Assembly (NCBI RefSeq): GCF_009914755.1
Contig: NC_060947.1
DNA: 64,000 nucleotides
Strand: one strand, 5' to 3'
From: the human T2T-CHM13v2.0 reference genome, Homo sapiens
A program made the translations under genes and the position numbers. The notes under the pieces are model-generated. The model had not been told where the DNA came from and searched no databases. It saw only the letters and a program-made list of their open reading frames with translations. Shown here piece after piece: positions 13,141 to 34,374 of this stretch; position 1 is the stretch's first letter; every line of letters begins with the position of its first letter.

Positions 13141-15518
13141 ATTCAGTAAGCTTATTCTGCATTCCTACATGAAGAGTACAACAGCAATATGTTCCACCAG
13201 AGTAAAGCAAAATAAGTAAAATTATCCCAAGTAAAGTAAATTAGAAGACTTTCCATGAACTGGGCAACTGTTGGACCCAAGCTGATATGGGGCTTCTAGA
13301 TGATTCCAATACATGCCCAGGATTAGAATACTGATCCAGATTTTTACATTACCCATCCCTCTTGTTTCTTCTGAGCAGCAGTTAGAGATCACTTGTTGGT
13401 TCACAGGAACAAGCAAGGTTAGCCCTAAATTCCAGAAACAAATTTAAAAACAACTGATGAGACTAGAATTTAATAACAAGTGTACCACAGTCATTGAAAC
13501 ATATTTCTCGCCAGTTTCCCATTTTTACTAGAGAAAAATTATGATAAGATCAATTTGCTTTATTATACTAGGCCTGATTATTTGTATAAAGTGCAGCAAG
13601 AATAATTTTTTTCACATAAGCTCTTTGTAAACTGGCCTTGAAGGAACTTTGTTCCATAGAAGGAATCTTAGATAAGACTTTTTAAAAGCTGAGCCCAGCC
13701 ATGGGTTTGTACCCTCAAATACCTATGAGTTGAGTAAGTTCCTCTCCTCTTGTGGTCCCAAGATAAATTGGGGCTTCTGGACCTGTTAGAAAGAGACATT
13801 CTTTACTTACCTCAGGTCAGATACCCTGTACAGAGACTGTGTAGGCAAGGTATGAGGCCAGTTCCTCAAAAGGCTTTTATTGGCTTTACAAGTCAAGTTT
13901 GATTCCTAAAAGGAAAGCATGTCATTCCAATCAAATCCTTGGTGAAATAACCGATTTCTCCAATTATGTCCTGTTGGAAAAGAAAATAGACTCTTATTGC
14001 ACTTATGCAAATTATGATATTGCCATAAATTAAGAATACTCTCACAACTAGTTTTCAAATTCTGGAGAAATCAGGTAGAAACAAATATGCTCTAAATTTT
14101 GTTCACAGAAGTATACTTTACTGAATTGCTAAAAGCTGTAAATAGCTCACAGTAAAATTTCCTTGACTCTGAAAAACAAAAAAAGGATTAACAATGTTTT
14201 AAGCAAAGTTAAAAATATTACTTCAGACTTTTTTAGTTTAGTTTATGCAGTTAACTCCTGTTCTGCTTGATATTTGTGAACACTTCAGCTCTCCATGAGA
14301 GTTCTGAAAGTTGTTTCCTCACTCTAATGTCACAATTTTCAAAGTTATCAGAAATCTGCATGTAAGAACACCTGTTAGAGTCCTATAGCTGATTAGAAAC
14401 CACCTTTTGAAGAAAATTAAAACAAGACAATAATTGCCTGTGGATGATAAAATGTCTTAGGACAGCCACAGTCAAAAACACAATTGACAAATTTGGTTAC
14501 CTCTGTAGCATACAATGATTTTATATAACAATTATTAACAACATATGCTAAGTTATATCAGAATTATAGGAATTTTCCATGATTTTGGAATACATACCAA
14601 TAACATATTTATAGAAACACAGCCTACAGAAAACTAAGCACCATTTCATGTTTGAGAATGCTTCCTGTATGATTTTTGTATCAAAAGAGCCAAATGTCAC
14701 TGTTGCATTAGTACGTTATTGATGTCAAACCCAATTCTTAATAAAACCTTATAGAAAAATGTATTTAATCTTAATCAGTTTGACCATAAAGTAAGATTTT
14801 CATAAATCTTTTATAACCCTTTACAAATTTTTGTTAAAGAGCAGATTGTAACAGGTTTTTGCTTTAAGAAAAACCTGTTGTGCTTTTATTCAAATGTTCC
14901 GTTTACAAAAAACTGAATAATACCCCTTTAACTTTACCCAATATGTTCATACACAGAATTTCTTTTATAATTAATTTTTACAAACCTTCCACAAAGCTTA
15001 AACCTCCAGCTTTATTCTATCTGATTTAAAACAATCCTTTAACTCTTTAATCTAGGCAAGAAAAATCCACATACCCATGCCTTCTTATAATCTTTTACCA
15101 AAAACTCATTTCATTTTTCTTGCACACCTTGCATGTAAAACTATTTCTTCAGTATTCTCAATTACATGATACAATGTTAACTCTTAGTAACTTTTACTTT
15201 TGGTGAAAACCTTGATAAGTAGCAATTTTAATTATGTACCAGGTGTGGAGCCTATCCTAGGACACACCAGGCAGAAGTGCAGATAAGGGCTTTTTCTAGC
15301 ATAGCTAGGGGACATGGCTAACTCCACATGTCCCAGGCCTTACCTAGTTGTAAAGCAGGGAAGTTGTACAGTTAGAGCCATAGTGGCATTTTATGATGCA
15401 TTTAGGAGGCCTAATCACCTTTAAATTGTACAACTTTTTTTGCATAAATTCCCTTTCATGATTTTTTTTGCTACTTACACAGACATGTGTAGACTTGCCT
15501 TAAACATCCCTCTTTTTA

Positions 15519-15729
15519 GAACATATGGGCACAGGAAGGGGAACATCACACACTGGGGCCTGTCAGGGGGTGGGGAGCAAGGGGAGGGATAGCATTAGGA
15601 GAAATACCTAATGTTGATGACGGGTTGGTGGTTGCAGCAAACCACCATGGCACATGTATACCGACGTAACAAACCTGCACATTCTGCACATGTATCCCAG
15701 AACTTAAGTATAATAATAATTAAAAAAAA
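15519..15729 (+). mobile_element. 5'-truncated L1PA 3'UTR (~210 bp) inside MER41-int
   Basis: L1PA 3'UTR with A-rich tail. TSD atccctcttttta at 15506-15518 and 15730-15742. Confidence 0.92.
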
Positions 15730-16328
15730 ATCCCTCTTTTTAAACAACCAGTCATTTTGCTTTAGGACAAGAATTTATCATACAACATATTTTCTTATAT
15801 AAAATATCTTTTCTTCATAACCTTCTTTGCATAGCTGGGGCATGGCTAATTCCACATGTCCCCAGGCTTTATCTAGAATCTAATGTCTCCAAGGTAGGTA
15901 AATTGAACAATTTTCAAAAGTCAAAGAAGCAGTTTATGCAAACCTAATATCTGACTTGCATAACTTAGAACACGTCTACATTTTTGAAGATATTTTATTT
16001 TACCAGTAATTTTTACAAGTGTCTGTATTTCCCAAAGATTACTTAGGTCACATGAACTAAAAGGCATTATGCTTTTTGCTTTTTTGAGAAAATATTTGAT
16101 TTAAGCTCTCATTTTTAAACCAATTAATTAAAACTCTTTTATATTACACACACATAATACATATAAATACATAGACAGACAGAAAAGAAAGGATCATCCC
16201 CTAGGCTGGGAATTAGCCCCAGAACCCAGGCCACCATTGTGATGGTGGAGACCAAGAGAAAGTACTGCCACGTGGTTACAAGGTCAAGCTCCCAAGGACA
16301 TGACTGACCAAAGGGAAACCTCATCCAG

Positions 16329-16331
<3 letters not shown>

Positions 16332-16375
<44 letters not shown>

Positions 16376-16425
16376 AAAGAGAAAGAGAGAGAGAGAGAAA
16401 GAGAGAAAAAAAAAGAGAGAAAGAG
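16332..16425. repeat. (CA)n followed by GA-rich microsatellite
   Basis: About 20 CA units, then a GA/A-rich tract. Confidence 0.95.
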
Positions 16426-17447
16426 GCCGGAAGTCTGAGTGGTAATAAATTCTTACCCTTTTGCTAGCATGCCAGGCTTCTGGGTTTTCTTTCCCTGAGT
16501 GGCCCTAGTGACCCAGACGGCTGCACCACAGCCCTGGGGGCCAAGCTGCAACACAAACAAAAATTATATCTTTCCATTCTGGCCAGAGTAAAATACGTGT
16601 GACAAAACATATACATTAGCCACTCTGCTTAGCACCCAATATCAAACTGGCAGGGCTCAAACTTGCTCCCATAATCGTTAATCCATCCTCCAACCAGGAG
16701 TTTCAACATGTGGTCTCTGGGCAAGATGGTCTCCCTGAGTAATAGAAGAGATAAAAAAGGGAAAGGAGAGAGAGAAAAGCATTGCCTGTGGCAGGGTGGG
16801 GAAGGCAAAATGATCAGGGAGGCCAGAGAAAGACCCACCCATAGTAGTGACACTGAAAAGATCAGGTGGCTGCTATCGTGAAGGGATTTTTTCCAGCAGT
16901 CCCATCAGCTCTCAGGTTTCCCCTTTTAGGGAGGAAAAAGCTTCTCATGTCCCGCAATCCTGTACATGCCTAACCCCGTCACCCACAGCCATCAGCAAAC
17001 AGTGCAAGGCAGATTAATCCAAAGAGAATAGCAGTTAACATCCCGTAGTGCCAAATCCATTCTTAGCCAAAAGGGACTTTACCGACAGGGATTTTACTGG
17101 GAGGGGCCTCTAACCTCCTAAATCTTAGAAGGGACTCTAACCTTCCTAAGTTGGGTCTCCAACCCAAGGTTGGTCAAGCGTCCCTGCATTTTATTGAGAG
17201 GAGCCTCTAACCCTCTCTGTTTTAGGAGAGACTCTAACTCCCTTAAGTTGGGCCTCTAACCCAATCCTTCTTTACCCGGGTATACACAGTCCACTTACCC
17301 AAAGTTAGCCAATTTGTGTACACAGATGATTTTCCTTTGGGTTGGGAGTCTCTTCAGTATCGTCCCTTCAGGATTTGCCAGAAAGATGTTACCGAACCCC
17401 ACCACTTACCCAAAGTTAGCCTTTGGGTCAGGGGTTTCCACTCTATA

Positions 17448-17466
17448 GTCCATTCCGTGGTTGCCA
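17448..17466 (-). other. Primer-binding site, degenerate tRNA-Arg-like
   Basis: TGGCAACCACGGAATGGAC a few nt after the U5 end. Resembles the recalled TGGCGACCACGAAGGGAC PBS. Confidence 0.6.
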
Positions 17467-17472
17467 GAAAGA

Positions 17473-17628
17473 GGTTACAGGAAAGGGGTCCTGATCTAGA
17501 CTCCAAGAGAGGGCTCTTGGATCTCACACAAGAAAGAATTCAGGGGAAGTCCATAGAGTAAAGTGAAAACAAGTTTATTAAGAAGGGAGAAGAATAAAAG
17601 AATGGCCACTCCATAGACAGAGCAACCA
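17473..17628 (-). mobile_element. MER41 5' LTR, R-U5 only (U3 absent)
   Basis: Shares the R sequence with 9786-9851, has AATAAA on the minus strand, and ends ...cctttcctgtaac. No U3 upstream; L1MA host sequence follows directly. Confidence 0.85.
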
Positions 17629-18761
17629 AGTTCCACTATTTTTTTTATTCCAAATATAATTAAGATCATGTGGTATTTGTCTTTCTGTGCCTGCCATATT
17701 TTACTTAACAATGTCCTCCAGGTTTATCCATGTTAATGCAAACAGAAGAATTTTCTTTTTTAAAGACTGAATAGTATTTCATTGTGTATATATGCTATAT
17801 TTCCTTTATTCACTCATCTGTTGATGGACAATTTGATTGATTCATATGTTGACTATCATAAATAATACTACTGTGAACGTGGGAATACAGATATTTCTAC
17901 TACATAGCAATTTCACTTCTTTTGGCTATATACCAAGTAGCAAGATTGCTGGATTATATGATAGTTCTATTTTTAATTTTTTGAGGACCCTCAATGCTGT
18001 TTTCCATAATGGCTGTACTTATTTACATTTCCAGCAACAATGTACAAGGTTCCGCCTTCTCTACATCTTTGACAACACCTGTTATCTTTTGTCTCTTTGG
18101 TAAAAGTCATTCTAACAGGAGTTGGATAATATCTCATTGTACTCTTAACTTGCATTTCCATGATGATTAGTGATGTTGAGCATTTTGTCATATACTCACT
18201 GGATGTTTTTAGCCTTCTTTTGAGAAATATTTGTTCAAGTATATTGACCTTTTTTAAATCAAGTTACTTGTTCGCTTTCTATTGAGTTTGAGTTCCTTAT
18301 GCATTTCAGATATTATCCCCTTATCAGATGCATGGTTTTCAAATGTTTTCTCCCATTCTGTAGATTGTCTCTTCATCTCTTTTTTTTATTATTATACTTT
18401 AAGTTTTAGGGTACATGTGCACAACGTGCAGGTTAGTTACATATGTATACATGTGCCATGTTGGTGTGCTGCACCAATTAACTCGTCATTTAACATTAGG
18501 TATATCTCCTAATGGTATCCCTCCCCCCTCCCCCCACCCAACAACAGGTCCTGGGGTGTGATGTTCCCCTTCCTGTGTCCATGTGTTCTCATTGTTCAAC
18601 TCCCACCTATGAGTGAGAACATGCGGTGTTTGGTTTTTTGTCCTTGTGATAGTTTGCTGAGAATGATGGTTTCCAGCTTCACCCATGTCCCTACAAAGGA
18701 CATGAACTCATCCTTTTTTATGGATGCATAGTATTCCATGGTGTATATGTGCCACATTTTC

Positions 18762-24968
<6,207 letters not shown>

Positions 24969-27900
24969 TGTGCCACATTTTCTTCATGCAGTCTATCATT
25001 GTTGGACATTTGGCTTGGTTCCAAGTCTTTGCTATTGTGAATAGTGCTGCAATAAACATACATGTGCATGTGTCTTTATAGCAGCAAGATTTATAATCCT
25101 TTGGGTATATACCCAGTAATGGGATTGCTGGGTCAAATGGTATTTCTAGTTCTAGATCCCTGAGGAATTGCCACACTGACTTCCACAATGGTTAAACTAG
25201 TTTACAGTCCCACCAACAGTGTAAAAGTGTTCCTATTTCTCCACATCCTCTCCAGCACCTGGTGTTTCCTAACTTTTTAATGATCACTGTTCTAACTGGT
25301 GTGAGATGGTATCTCATTTTGGTTTTGATTTGCATTTCTCTGATGGCCAGTGATGATGAGCATTTTTTCATGTGTCTTTTGGCTGCATAAATGTCTTCTT
25401 TTGAGAAGTGTCTATTCATGTCCTTCACCCACTTTTTGATGGGATTGTTTGTTTTTTTCTTGTAAGTTTGTTTGAGTTCATCATAGGTTCTGGATATTAG
25501 CCCTTTGTCAGATGAGTAGATTGCAAAAATTTTCTCCCATTCTGTAGGTTGCCTGTTCACTCTGATGGTAGTTTCTTTTGCTGTGCAGAAGCTCTTGAGT
25601 TTAATTAGCTCCCATTTGTCAATTTTGTCTTTTGTTGCCATTGCTTTTGGTGTTTTAGACATGAAGTCCTTGCCCATGCCTATGTCCTGAATTTTATTGC
25701 CTAGGTTTTCTTCTAGGGTTTTTATGGTTTTAGGTCTAACATGTAAGTCTTTCATCCATCTTGAATTAATTTTTGTATAAGATATAAGGAAAGGATCCAG
25801 TTTCAGCTTTCTACATATGGCTAGCCAGTTTTCCCAGCACCGTTTATTAAATAGGGAATCCTTTCCCCATTGCTTGTTTTTCTCAGGTTTGTCAAAGATC
25901 AGATGGTTGTAGATATGCAGCATTATTTCTGAAGGCTCTGTTCTGTTCCATTGGTCTATATCTCTGTTTTGGTACCAGTACCATGCTGTTTTGATTACTG
26001 TAGCCTTGTAGTTTAGTTTGAAGTCAGGTAGCGTGATGTCTCCAACTTTGTTCTTTTGGCTTAGGATTGACTTGGCAATGCGTGCTCTTTTTTGGTTCTG
26101 TATGAATTTTAAAGTAGTTTTTTCCAATCCTGTGAAGAAAGTCATTGGTAGCTTGATGGGGATGGCATTGAATCTATAAAATACTTTGGGTAATTTGGCC
26201 ATTTTCACGATATTGATTCTTCCTGCCCATGAGCATGGAATGTTCTTCCATTTGTTTGTATCCTCTTTTATTTCATTGAGCAGTGGTTTGCAGTTCTCTT
26301 TGAAGAGGTCCTTCACATCCCTTGTAAGTTGGATTCCTAGGTGTTTTATTCTCTTTGAAGCAATTGTGAATGGGAGTTCACTCCGGGTTTGACTGTCTGT
26401 TTGTGTGTTATTGGCGTATAAGAGTGCTTGTGATTTTTGCACATTGATTTTGTATCCTGAGACTTTGCTGAAGTTGCTTATCAGCTTAAGGAGATTTTGG
26501 GCTGAGACGATGGGGTTTTTTAGATATAAAATCATGTCATCTGCAAACAGGGACAATTTGACTTCCTCTTTTCCTAATTGAATGCCCTTTATTTCCTTCT
26601 CCTGCCTGATTGCCCTGGCAAAAACTTCCAACACTGTGTTGAATAGGAGTGGTGAGAGAGAGCATCCCTGTTTTGTGCCAGTTTTCAAAGGAAATGTTTC
26701 CAGTTTTTGCCCATTCAGTATGATATTGGCTGTGGGTTTGTCATAGATAGCTCTTATTATTTTGAGATACATCCCATCAATACCTAATTTAGTGAGAGTT
26801 TTTAACATGAAGGGCTGTTGAATTTTGTCAAAGGCCCTTTCTGCATCTATTGAGATAATCATATGGTTTTTGTCATTGGTTCTGTTTATATGCTGGATTA
26901 TGTTTATTGATATGCATATGTTGAACTAGCCTTGCTTTGCAGGGTTGAAACCCACTTGATCATGGTGGATAAGCTTTTTGATGTGCTGCTGGATTCGGTT
27001 TGCCAGTATTTTATTGAGGATCTTTGCATCGACATTCGTCAGATATATTGGTCCAAAATTTTCTTTTTTTGTTGTGTCTCTGCCAGGTTTTGGTAGTGGG
27101 ATGATGCTGGCCTCATAAAATGAGTTAGTGAGGATTCCTTCTTTTTCTACTGTTTGGAATACTTTCAGAAGGAATGGTACCAGCTCCTCTTTGTACCTCT
27201 CATAGAATTCGACTATAAATTTGTCTTGTCCTGGACTTTTTTTGTTGGTAGGCTATTAATTGTTGCCTCAATTTCAGAACTTTTTATTGGTCTTGTCAGG
27301 GATTTGACTTTTTCCTCGTTTAATCTTGGGAGGGTGTATGTGTTGAGGAATTTATTCACTTCTTCTAGATTTTCTAGTTTATTTGCATAGAGGTGTTTAT
27401 AGTATTCTCTGATGGTAGTTTGTATTTCTGTGGGATAAGTGGTGATATCCCCTTTATCATTTTTTATTGCGCCTATTTAATTCTTCTCTTTTCTTCTTTA
27501 TTAGTCGAACCCATGGCAAAGAAGTTAAAAACCTTAAAAAAATTAGACGAATGGCTGACGAGAATAATCACTGCAGAGAAGTCCTTAAAGGACCTGATGG
27601 AGCTGAAAACCAAGGCACAAGAACTACATGACGAATGCACAAGCCTCAGTAGCCGATTCCATCAACTGGAAGAAAGTGTATCAGTGATGGAAGATCAAAT
27701 GAATGAAATGAAGTGAGAAGTTTAGAGAAAAAGGAATAAAAAGAAACAAACAAAGCCTCCAAGAAACATGGGACTACGTGAAAAGACCAAATCTACATTT
27801 GATTGGTGTACCTGAAAGTGACAGGGAGAATGGAACCAAGTTGGAAAACACTCTGCAGGATATTATCCAGGAGAACTTCCCCAATCTAGCAAGACAGGCC

Positions 27901-29130
27901 AACATTCAAGTTCAGGAAATACAGAGAATGCCAAAAGATACTCCTCAAGAAGAGAAACTCCAAGACACGTAATTGTCAGATTCACCAAAGTTGAAATGAA
28001 GGAAAAAATGTTAAGGGCAGCCAGAGAGAAAGGTCGGGTTACCCACAAAGGGAAGCCCATCAGACTAACAGCTGATCTCTTGGCAGAAACTCTACAAGCC
28101 AGAAGAGAGTGGGGGCCAACATTCCACATTCTTAAAGAAAAGAATTTTCAACCCAGAATTTCATATCCAGCCAAACTAAGCTTCATAAGTGAAGGAGAAA
28201 TAAAATCCTTTACAGACAAGCAAATGCTGAGAGGTTTTGTCACCACCAGGCCTGCCCTAAAAAACTACTGAAGGAAGCACTAACCATGGAAAGGAACAAC
28301 CAGTACCAGCCACTGCAAAAACATGCCAAATTGTAAAGACCATCAAGGCTAGGAAGAAACTGCATCAACTAACGAGCAAAATAACCAGCTAACATCATAA
28401 TGACAGGATCAAATTCACACATAACAATATGAAACTTAAATGTAAATGGGCTAAGTGTGCCAATTAAAAGACACAGACAGGCAAATTGGATAAAGAGTCA
28501 AGACCCATCAGTGTGCTGTATTCAGGAAACCCATCTCAAGTGCAGAGACACACATAGGCTCAAAATAAAGGGATGGAGGAAGATCTACCAAGCAAATGGA
28601 AAACAAAAAAAGGCAGGGGTTGCAATCCTAGTCTCTGATAAAACAGACTTTAAACCAACAAAGATCAAAAGAGACAAAGAAGGCTATTACATAATGGTAA
28701 AGGGATCAATTCACAAGAAGCACTAACTATCCTAAATATATATGCACCCAATACAGGAGCACCCAATTTCATAAAGCAAGTCCTTAGAGACCTCCAAGGA
28801 GACTTGGACTCCCACACAATAATAATGGGAGACTTTAACACCCCACTGTCAACATTAGACAGATCAACGAGACAGAAAGTTAACAAGGATATCCAGGAAT
28901 TGAACTGAGCTCTGCACCAAGTGGACCTAATAGACATCTACAGAACTCTCCACCTCAAATCAACAGAATATACATTCTTCTCAGCACCACACTGCACTTA
29001 TTCCAAAATTGACCACATAGTTCAAAGTAAAGCACTCCTCAGCAAATGTAAAAGAACAGAAATTATAACAAACTGTCTCTCAGACCACAGTGCAATCAAA
29101 CTAGAACTCAGGATTAAGAAACTCACTCAA

Positions 29131-29435
<305 letters not shown>

Positions 29436-29584
29436 TCACCTACATGGAAACTGAACAACCTGCTCCTGAGTGATTACTGGGTACATAATGAAATGAAGGC
29501 AGAAATAAAGACGATCTTTGAAACCAATGGGAGCAAAGACACAACATACCAGAATCTCTGGGACACATTTAAAGCAGTGTGTAG

Positions 29585-29875
<291 letters not shown>

Positions 29876-30127
29876 TAGTTTGACATAATCCCATTTGTCT
29901 ATTTTCACTTTTGTTGTCTGTGCTTTGTGGTCATATCTAAAACATCATTGCCCAGACCAATGTCATGAAGCTTTTTCTTTGTATTTTCTAGTAGTTTTAT
30001 AATTTCAGGTCTAACATTTAAGTCATTAATCAATTTTGAATTGCTTGTGTATATAGTGGGAGACAAGGGTCTAATTTTATTCTTCTGCAAGTGGATATCC
30101 AGTTTTCTTAACACTACTTATTGAAGA

Positions 30128-30485
30128 GAATTCTGGTGATTAAAAAGTCCAAGAGCATGGTTCTGGCATCTGCTCAACTTCTGGTGAGGGTCCCATACTG
30201 CATCACAACATGGTGGAGTAGCAGAAGGGGAAGTGGGCATGTGCAAAACGAAACCAAACATGAGAGGCAACCTCATTTTATAACAATCCTCTTATGGCAA
30301 CCAATCTAGTCACTCAAGTGTGAAAACTCACTTACTCCCTGGAGACTGTATTAATCCCTACGAGAGGGCAGATCCTTCACATCTCAAATGCCTCTTAAAG
30401 GTCCCACTATCTCTCAACACCATTATATTGGGACCTAGCCTTTACATGAATTTTGGTGGGGACACACCATAGTCAAACCATAGCA
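30128..30485. mobile_element. MaLR LTR (MST-like), partial
   Basis: aagtccaagagcatgg...ctcttaaaggtccca...caaaccatagca terminus typical of MST/MLT1A LTRs. Interrupts the L1MA. Confidence 0.75.
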
Positions 30486-33400
30486 CCATATAAAAGCATG
30501 GTTTATTTTTGGGCTATCTATTCTTTCCCTTTGTCTACGTTTCTGTTTCTGTGCCAGTAACATGTTGTTTTGATTACTATATCTTTGTAGTAGATTTTGA
30601 GATCAAGTGGTGGGATGCCTCTAACTTTGTTCATTTTGTTCAATAATTCTTTGGATATTTTAGGTCTTTTGTGGTTCCATATGAATTTTAGTGTTGTTTT
30701 TCCTATTTGTATTAAAACTGTCATTGGAACTTTGATAGGGATTGCATTGAATCTGTAGGTCAGTTTGGATAATGTAGACATTTAAACAATATTAATTCTT
30801 ACAACCCAAGAACACAGGCTACTGTTTTATTTGTTTTTCTTCATTTTTTAAATCAATGCTGTAAAGTTTTCAAGTGTACAGGTATTTCACTTTCTTGATT
30901 AAGTTTATAACTAAGTGTTTTAGGTATAAATTATTTTTTGATGCTATCATACATGGGATTTTTAAAAATTTGTTTTTCAGAGAGTTTGTTGTTAGTATAT
31001 AGAAGTGCTACTGATTTTTGTATGTTGATTTTGTATCCTGCAACTTTACTGAATTTACTTATTTGTTTTAAGATTTTTTTTGTGAATACTTTAGAGTATT
31101 CTGTATATAAGATCATGTTGTCTGCCACCAGGGACAATTTAACTTCTTCCTTTCCAACTTGGATACCTTTTATTTCTTACTCTAGCCTAGTTGCTATGAC
31201 TAGGACTTCTGGTACTATGTTGAATAGAAGTGGTGAGGGTGGGCATCCTTATTTTGTTCCTGATTTTAGAGGCAAAGCTCTCCACTTTTCACTATTGAAT
31301 ATGATCTTAGCTGTGGACTTGTCATATGTGACCTTTATTGTGTTGCGGTGCATTCTTTCCATACCTAATTTATTGAGAGTTTTAATCATGAAAGGATGTT
31401 GAATTTTGTAAAATGCTTTTTCTGCATCTATTGAGATGATCATATGGTTTTTGTCTTTCATTCTATTAATGTGGTATATCACATTTAGTGATTTGCATAT
31501 GCTGAACCATCTTTGCATTCTTAGGATAAATCCCATTTGATCATAGTGAATGATTTTGTTAATGTGCTGTTGAATTTTGTTTCTAGTATTTTCTTAAGAA
31601 TTTTTCCATCTATGTTCATCAGGGATATTAGTCTGTAATTTTTTCGTGGTGTCCTTGTCTGGTTTTGGTATCAGAGTAATGCTGACTTTGCAAAATGATT
31701 TTGGAAGTATGCCCTCCTCTTCAATTTTTTGGAAGTGGGAAGAATTATTCTTTACATGTTTGTTAGAATTCAGCTGTGGAGCCATCGGATCATGGGCTCT
31801 TCTTTGATTGGAGATTTTTTATTACTGATTCAATTGCCTTATTATTGGTGTATTCAGATATTTTATTTCTTCTTGATTCTGTCTTGATAGATTGTATTCG
31901 TTTAGGAATTTATCAATTTCTTTTAAATTTTCCAGTGTACTGTCATATAATTATTTATAATAGTCTCATAATCCTTTGTATTTCTGTGGTTTCAGTTGTA
32001 ATATTGTCTCTTTCATTTCTGATTTTATTTATTTAACTTTTCTTTCTGTTTTCCTTAGTCTCACCAAAGGTTTGTCAATTTTGTTTATCTTTTTCAAAAA
32101 ACCAACTTTTAGTTTTGTTGATCTTTTCTATTGTTTTCTTAGCCTCTATTTCATTTATTTCTGCCCTGATCTTTATTATTTCCTTTCTTCTACTAATTTT
32201 GGCTTAGTTTGTTCTTCTTTTTCTAGTTTCTTGAGATATAATTTTAGGTTGTTTATTTGGGTTCTTTCTTCTTTTTTTATGTAGACATTTATTGCTATAA
32301 ACTTCCTTCTTAGAATTACTTTTGCTGCATTCCATTTGTTTTGGTATGTTGCATGTACATTTTCACTTGTCAAGATATTTTAAAATTTCACTTTAATTTC
32401 CCTTTGACATATTGGTTGTTATGGAGTATGTTGTTTAATTTCCATATACCTGTGCATTTTCCACAATTATTATCATTATTGATTTATAGTTTCTAGTTTC
32501 ATATTGATTTCTGTTGTGGATTGAAAAGTTACTGGATATGGTTTCAATATTCTTAAATTTGTTAAGACTTTTTTGGCCTAACTTGTGATTTATCCGGGAA
32601 TGTTCTGTTTGTCCTTGAGAGGAATGTGTGTCTATTATTGTTAGATGGAATGTTCTGTATATGTCTGTTAGGTCCATTTTGTCTAATGTTTAGATCAAGT
32701 CCAATGTTTCCTTATTGGTTTTCTGTCTTGATAATATGTCCATTGTTTAAAGTGAGGAATTGAAGTCCTCCAGTATTTTCTTCTCATCTTCTTTGTGATA
32801 TTGCCCCTACTATTATAGTGTTGCAGTCTATCTTTCCCTTTATATCTATTAATATTTGCTTTATATATTTATGTGCTCTGATGTTGGGTGTATGTGTATT
32901 TAAAATTGTTATGGCTTCTTGATGAATTGACCCCTCTTTATCATTATATAACTACCTTGTTTGTCCCTTTTTACAGTTTTTTACTTAAAGTTTATTTTAT
33001 CTGATGTAAGTGTAGCTACCCCTGTTGTCTTTTGGTCTCCATTTGCACAGAATGACTTTTTCCATCCCTTCACTTTCAGTCTTGTCTATTTTTGAAGCTG
33101 AAGTGAGTCTGTTGGAGGCACACTTATTGGGCTGTTGTATTTCTTAAAAATTTTCAGCTTCTGTATATCTTTTGGTTGGAGCACTTAATCCATTTACATA
33201 CATGATAATAATTGACAGGTAAGGACTTACTATTGCCATTTTGTTGTTTTCTCATTGTTTTGTATTTCCTTTGTTCCTTTCATCCTCTCTTGCGTTCTTC
33301 TTTTGTGATTAGTTGATTTTCTCTTCTAGTTTGCTTTGATTCTTTACTTTTTATCTTTTGTGTATCTACTATAGATTTTCGCTTTGTGATTACCATGAAG

Positions 33401-33861
33401 TTTGCATAAAACATAATTATAACAGGCTATTTTAAGCTGATAAAAATTTCAGTTCAATTGCATGTGAAAGCTCTACACGTTTACTCCATACCCTCACAAC
33501 TTATATTTTTGATGCCATGATTTACATACTTTCACATTGTGTGTCTCTTAACATATTATTGTGCTATTATTATTTTTAACACTTTTGTCTTTTAAACTTT
33601 ATGCTAGAGTTATAAGTAATTTACTCACCACCATTATAATATTAGACTGGTCTAAATTTTACTGTAGTTACTTTTACTAGTGAGTTTTATATTTTCATAT
33701 GTTTTCATGTTGCTAATTAGCATCCATTCTTTTTAGCTTGAAGAACTCCCTTTAGCATTTCTAGTAAGATAAGCTTGGTGGTGATGAACTTCCTCAGCTT
33801 TTGTTTGTTTGGGAAAGTATACCTTATGTTTTGAAGAACAACTTTACTGAGTACAGTATTT

Positions 33862-34172
<311 letters not shown>

Positions 34173-34199
34173 TGAGTACAGTATTTTTTATTGGCTGAT

Positions 34200-34374
34200 T
34201 TTTTTACTTTTGCTTTTTTTATTTTTATTTTTATTTTATTTTATTTTTTTGTGGCGATAGGGTCATAGGGAGCTATGTTGACAAGGCTGGTGTCAGATTT
34301 CTGGCCTTAAGTGATCCTCCCTCCTTCACCTCCCAAAGTGCTGGCATTACAGGCATGAACCACTGTGCCTGGCC
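34200..34374 (-). mobile_element. Alu left monomer (FLAM-like)
   Basis: T-rich tail followed by a monomer ending ...cactgtgcctggcc. Confidence 0.8.

Larger units (their letters stand above)
9786..17628 (-). mobile_element. MER41 endogenous retrovirus (ERV1; MER41A-type LTR + MER41-int) with processed, mRNA-like structure
   Basis: U3-R at 9786-10249, polypurine tract at 10250-10262, non-coding internal region, PBS, and R-U5 at 17473-17628. Flanked by duplicated agttccactattttttt (9769-9785; 17629-17645). Confidence 0.85.
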
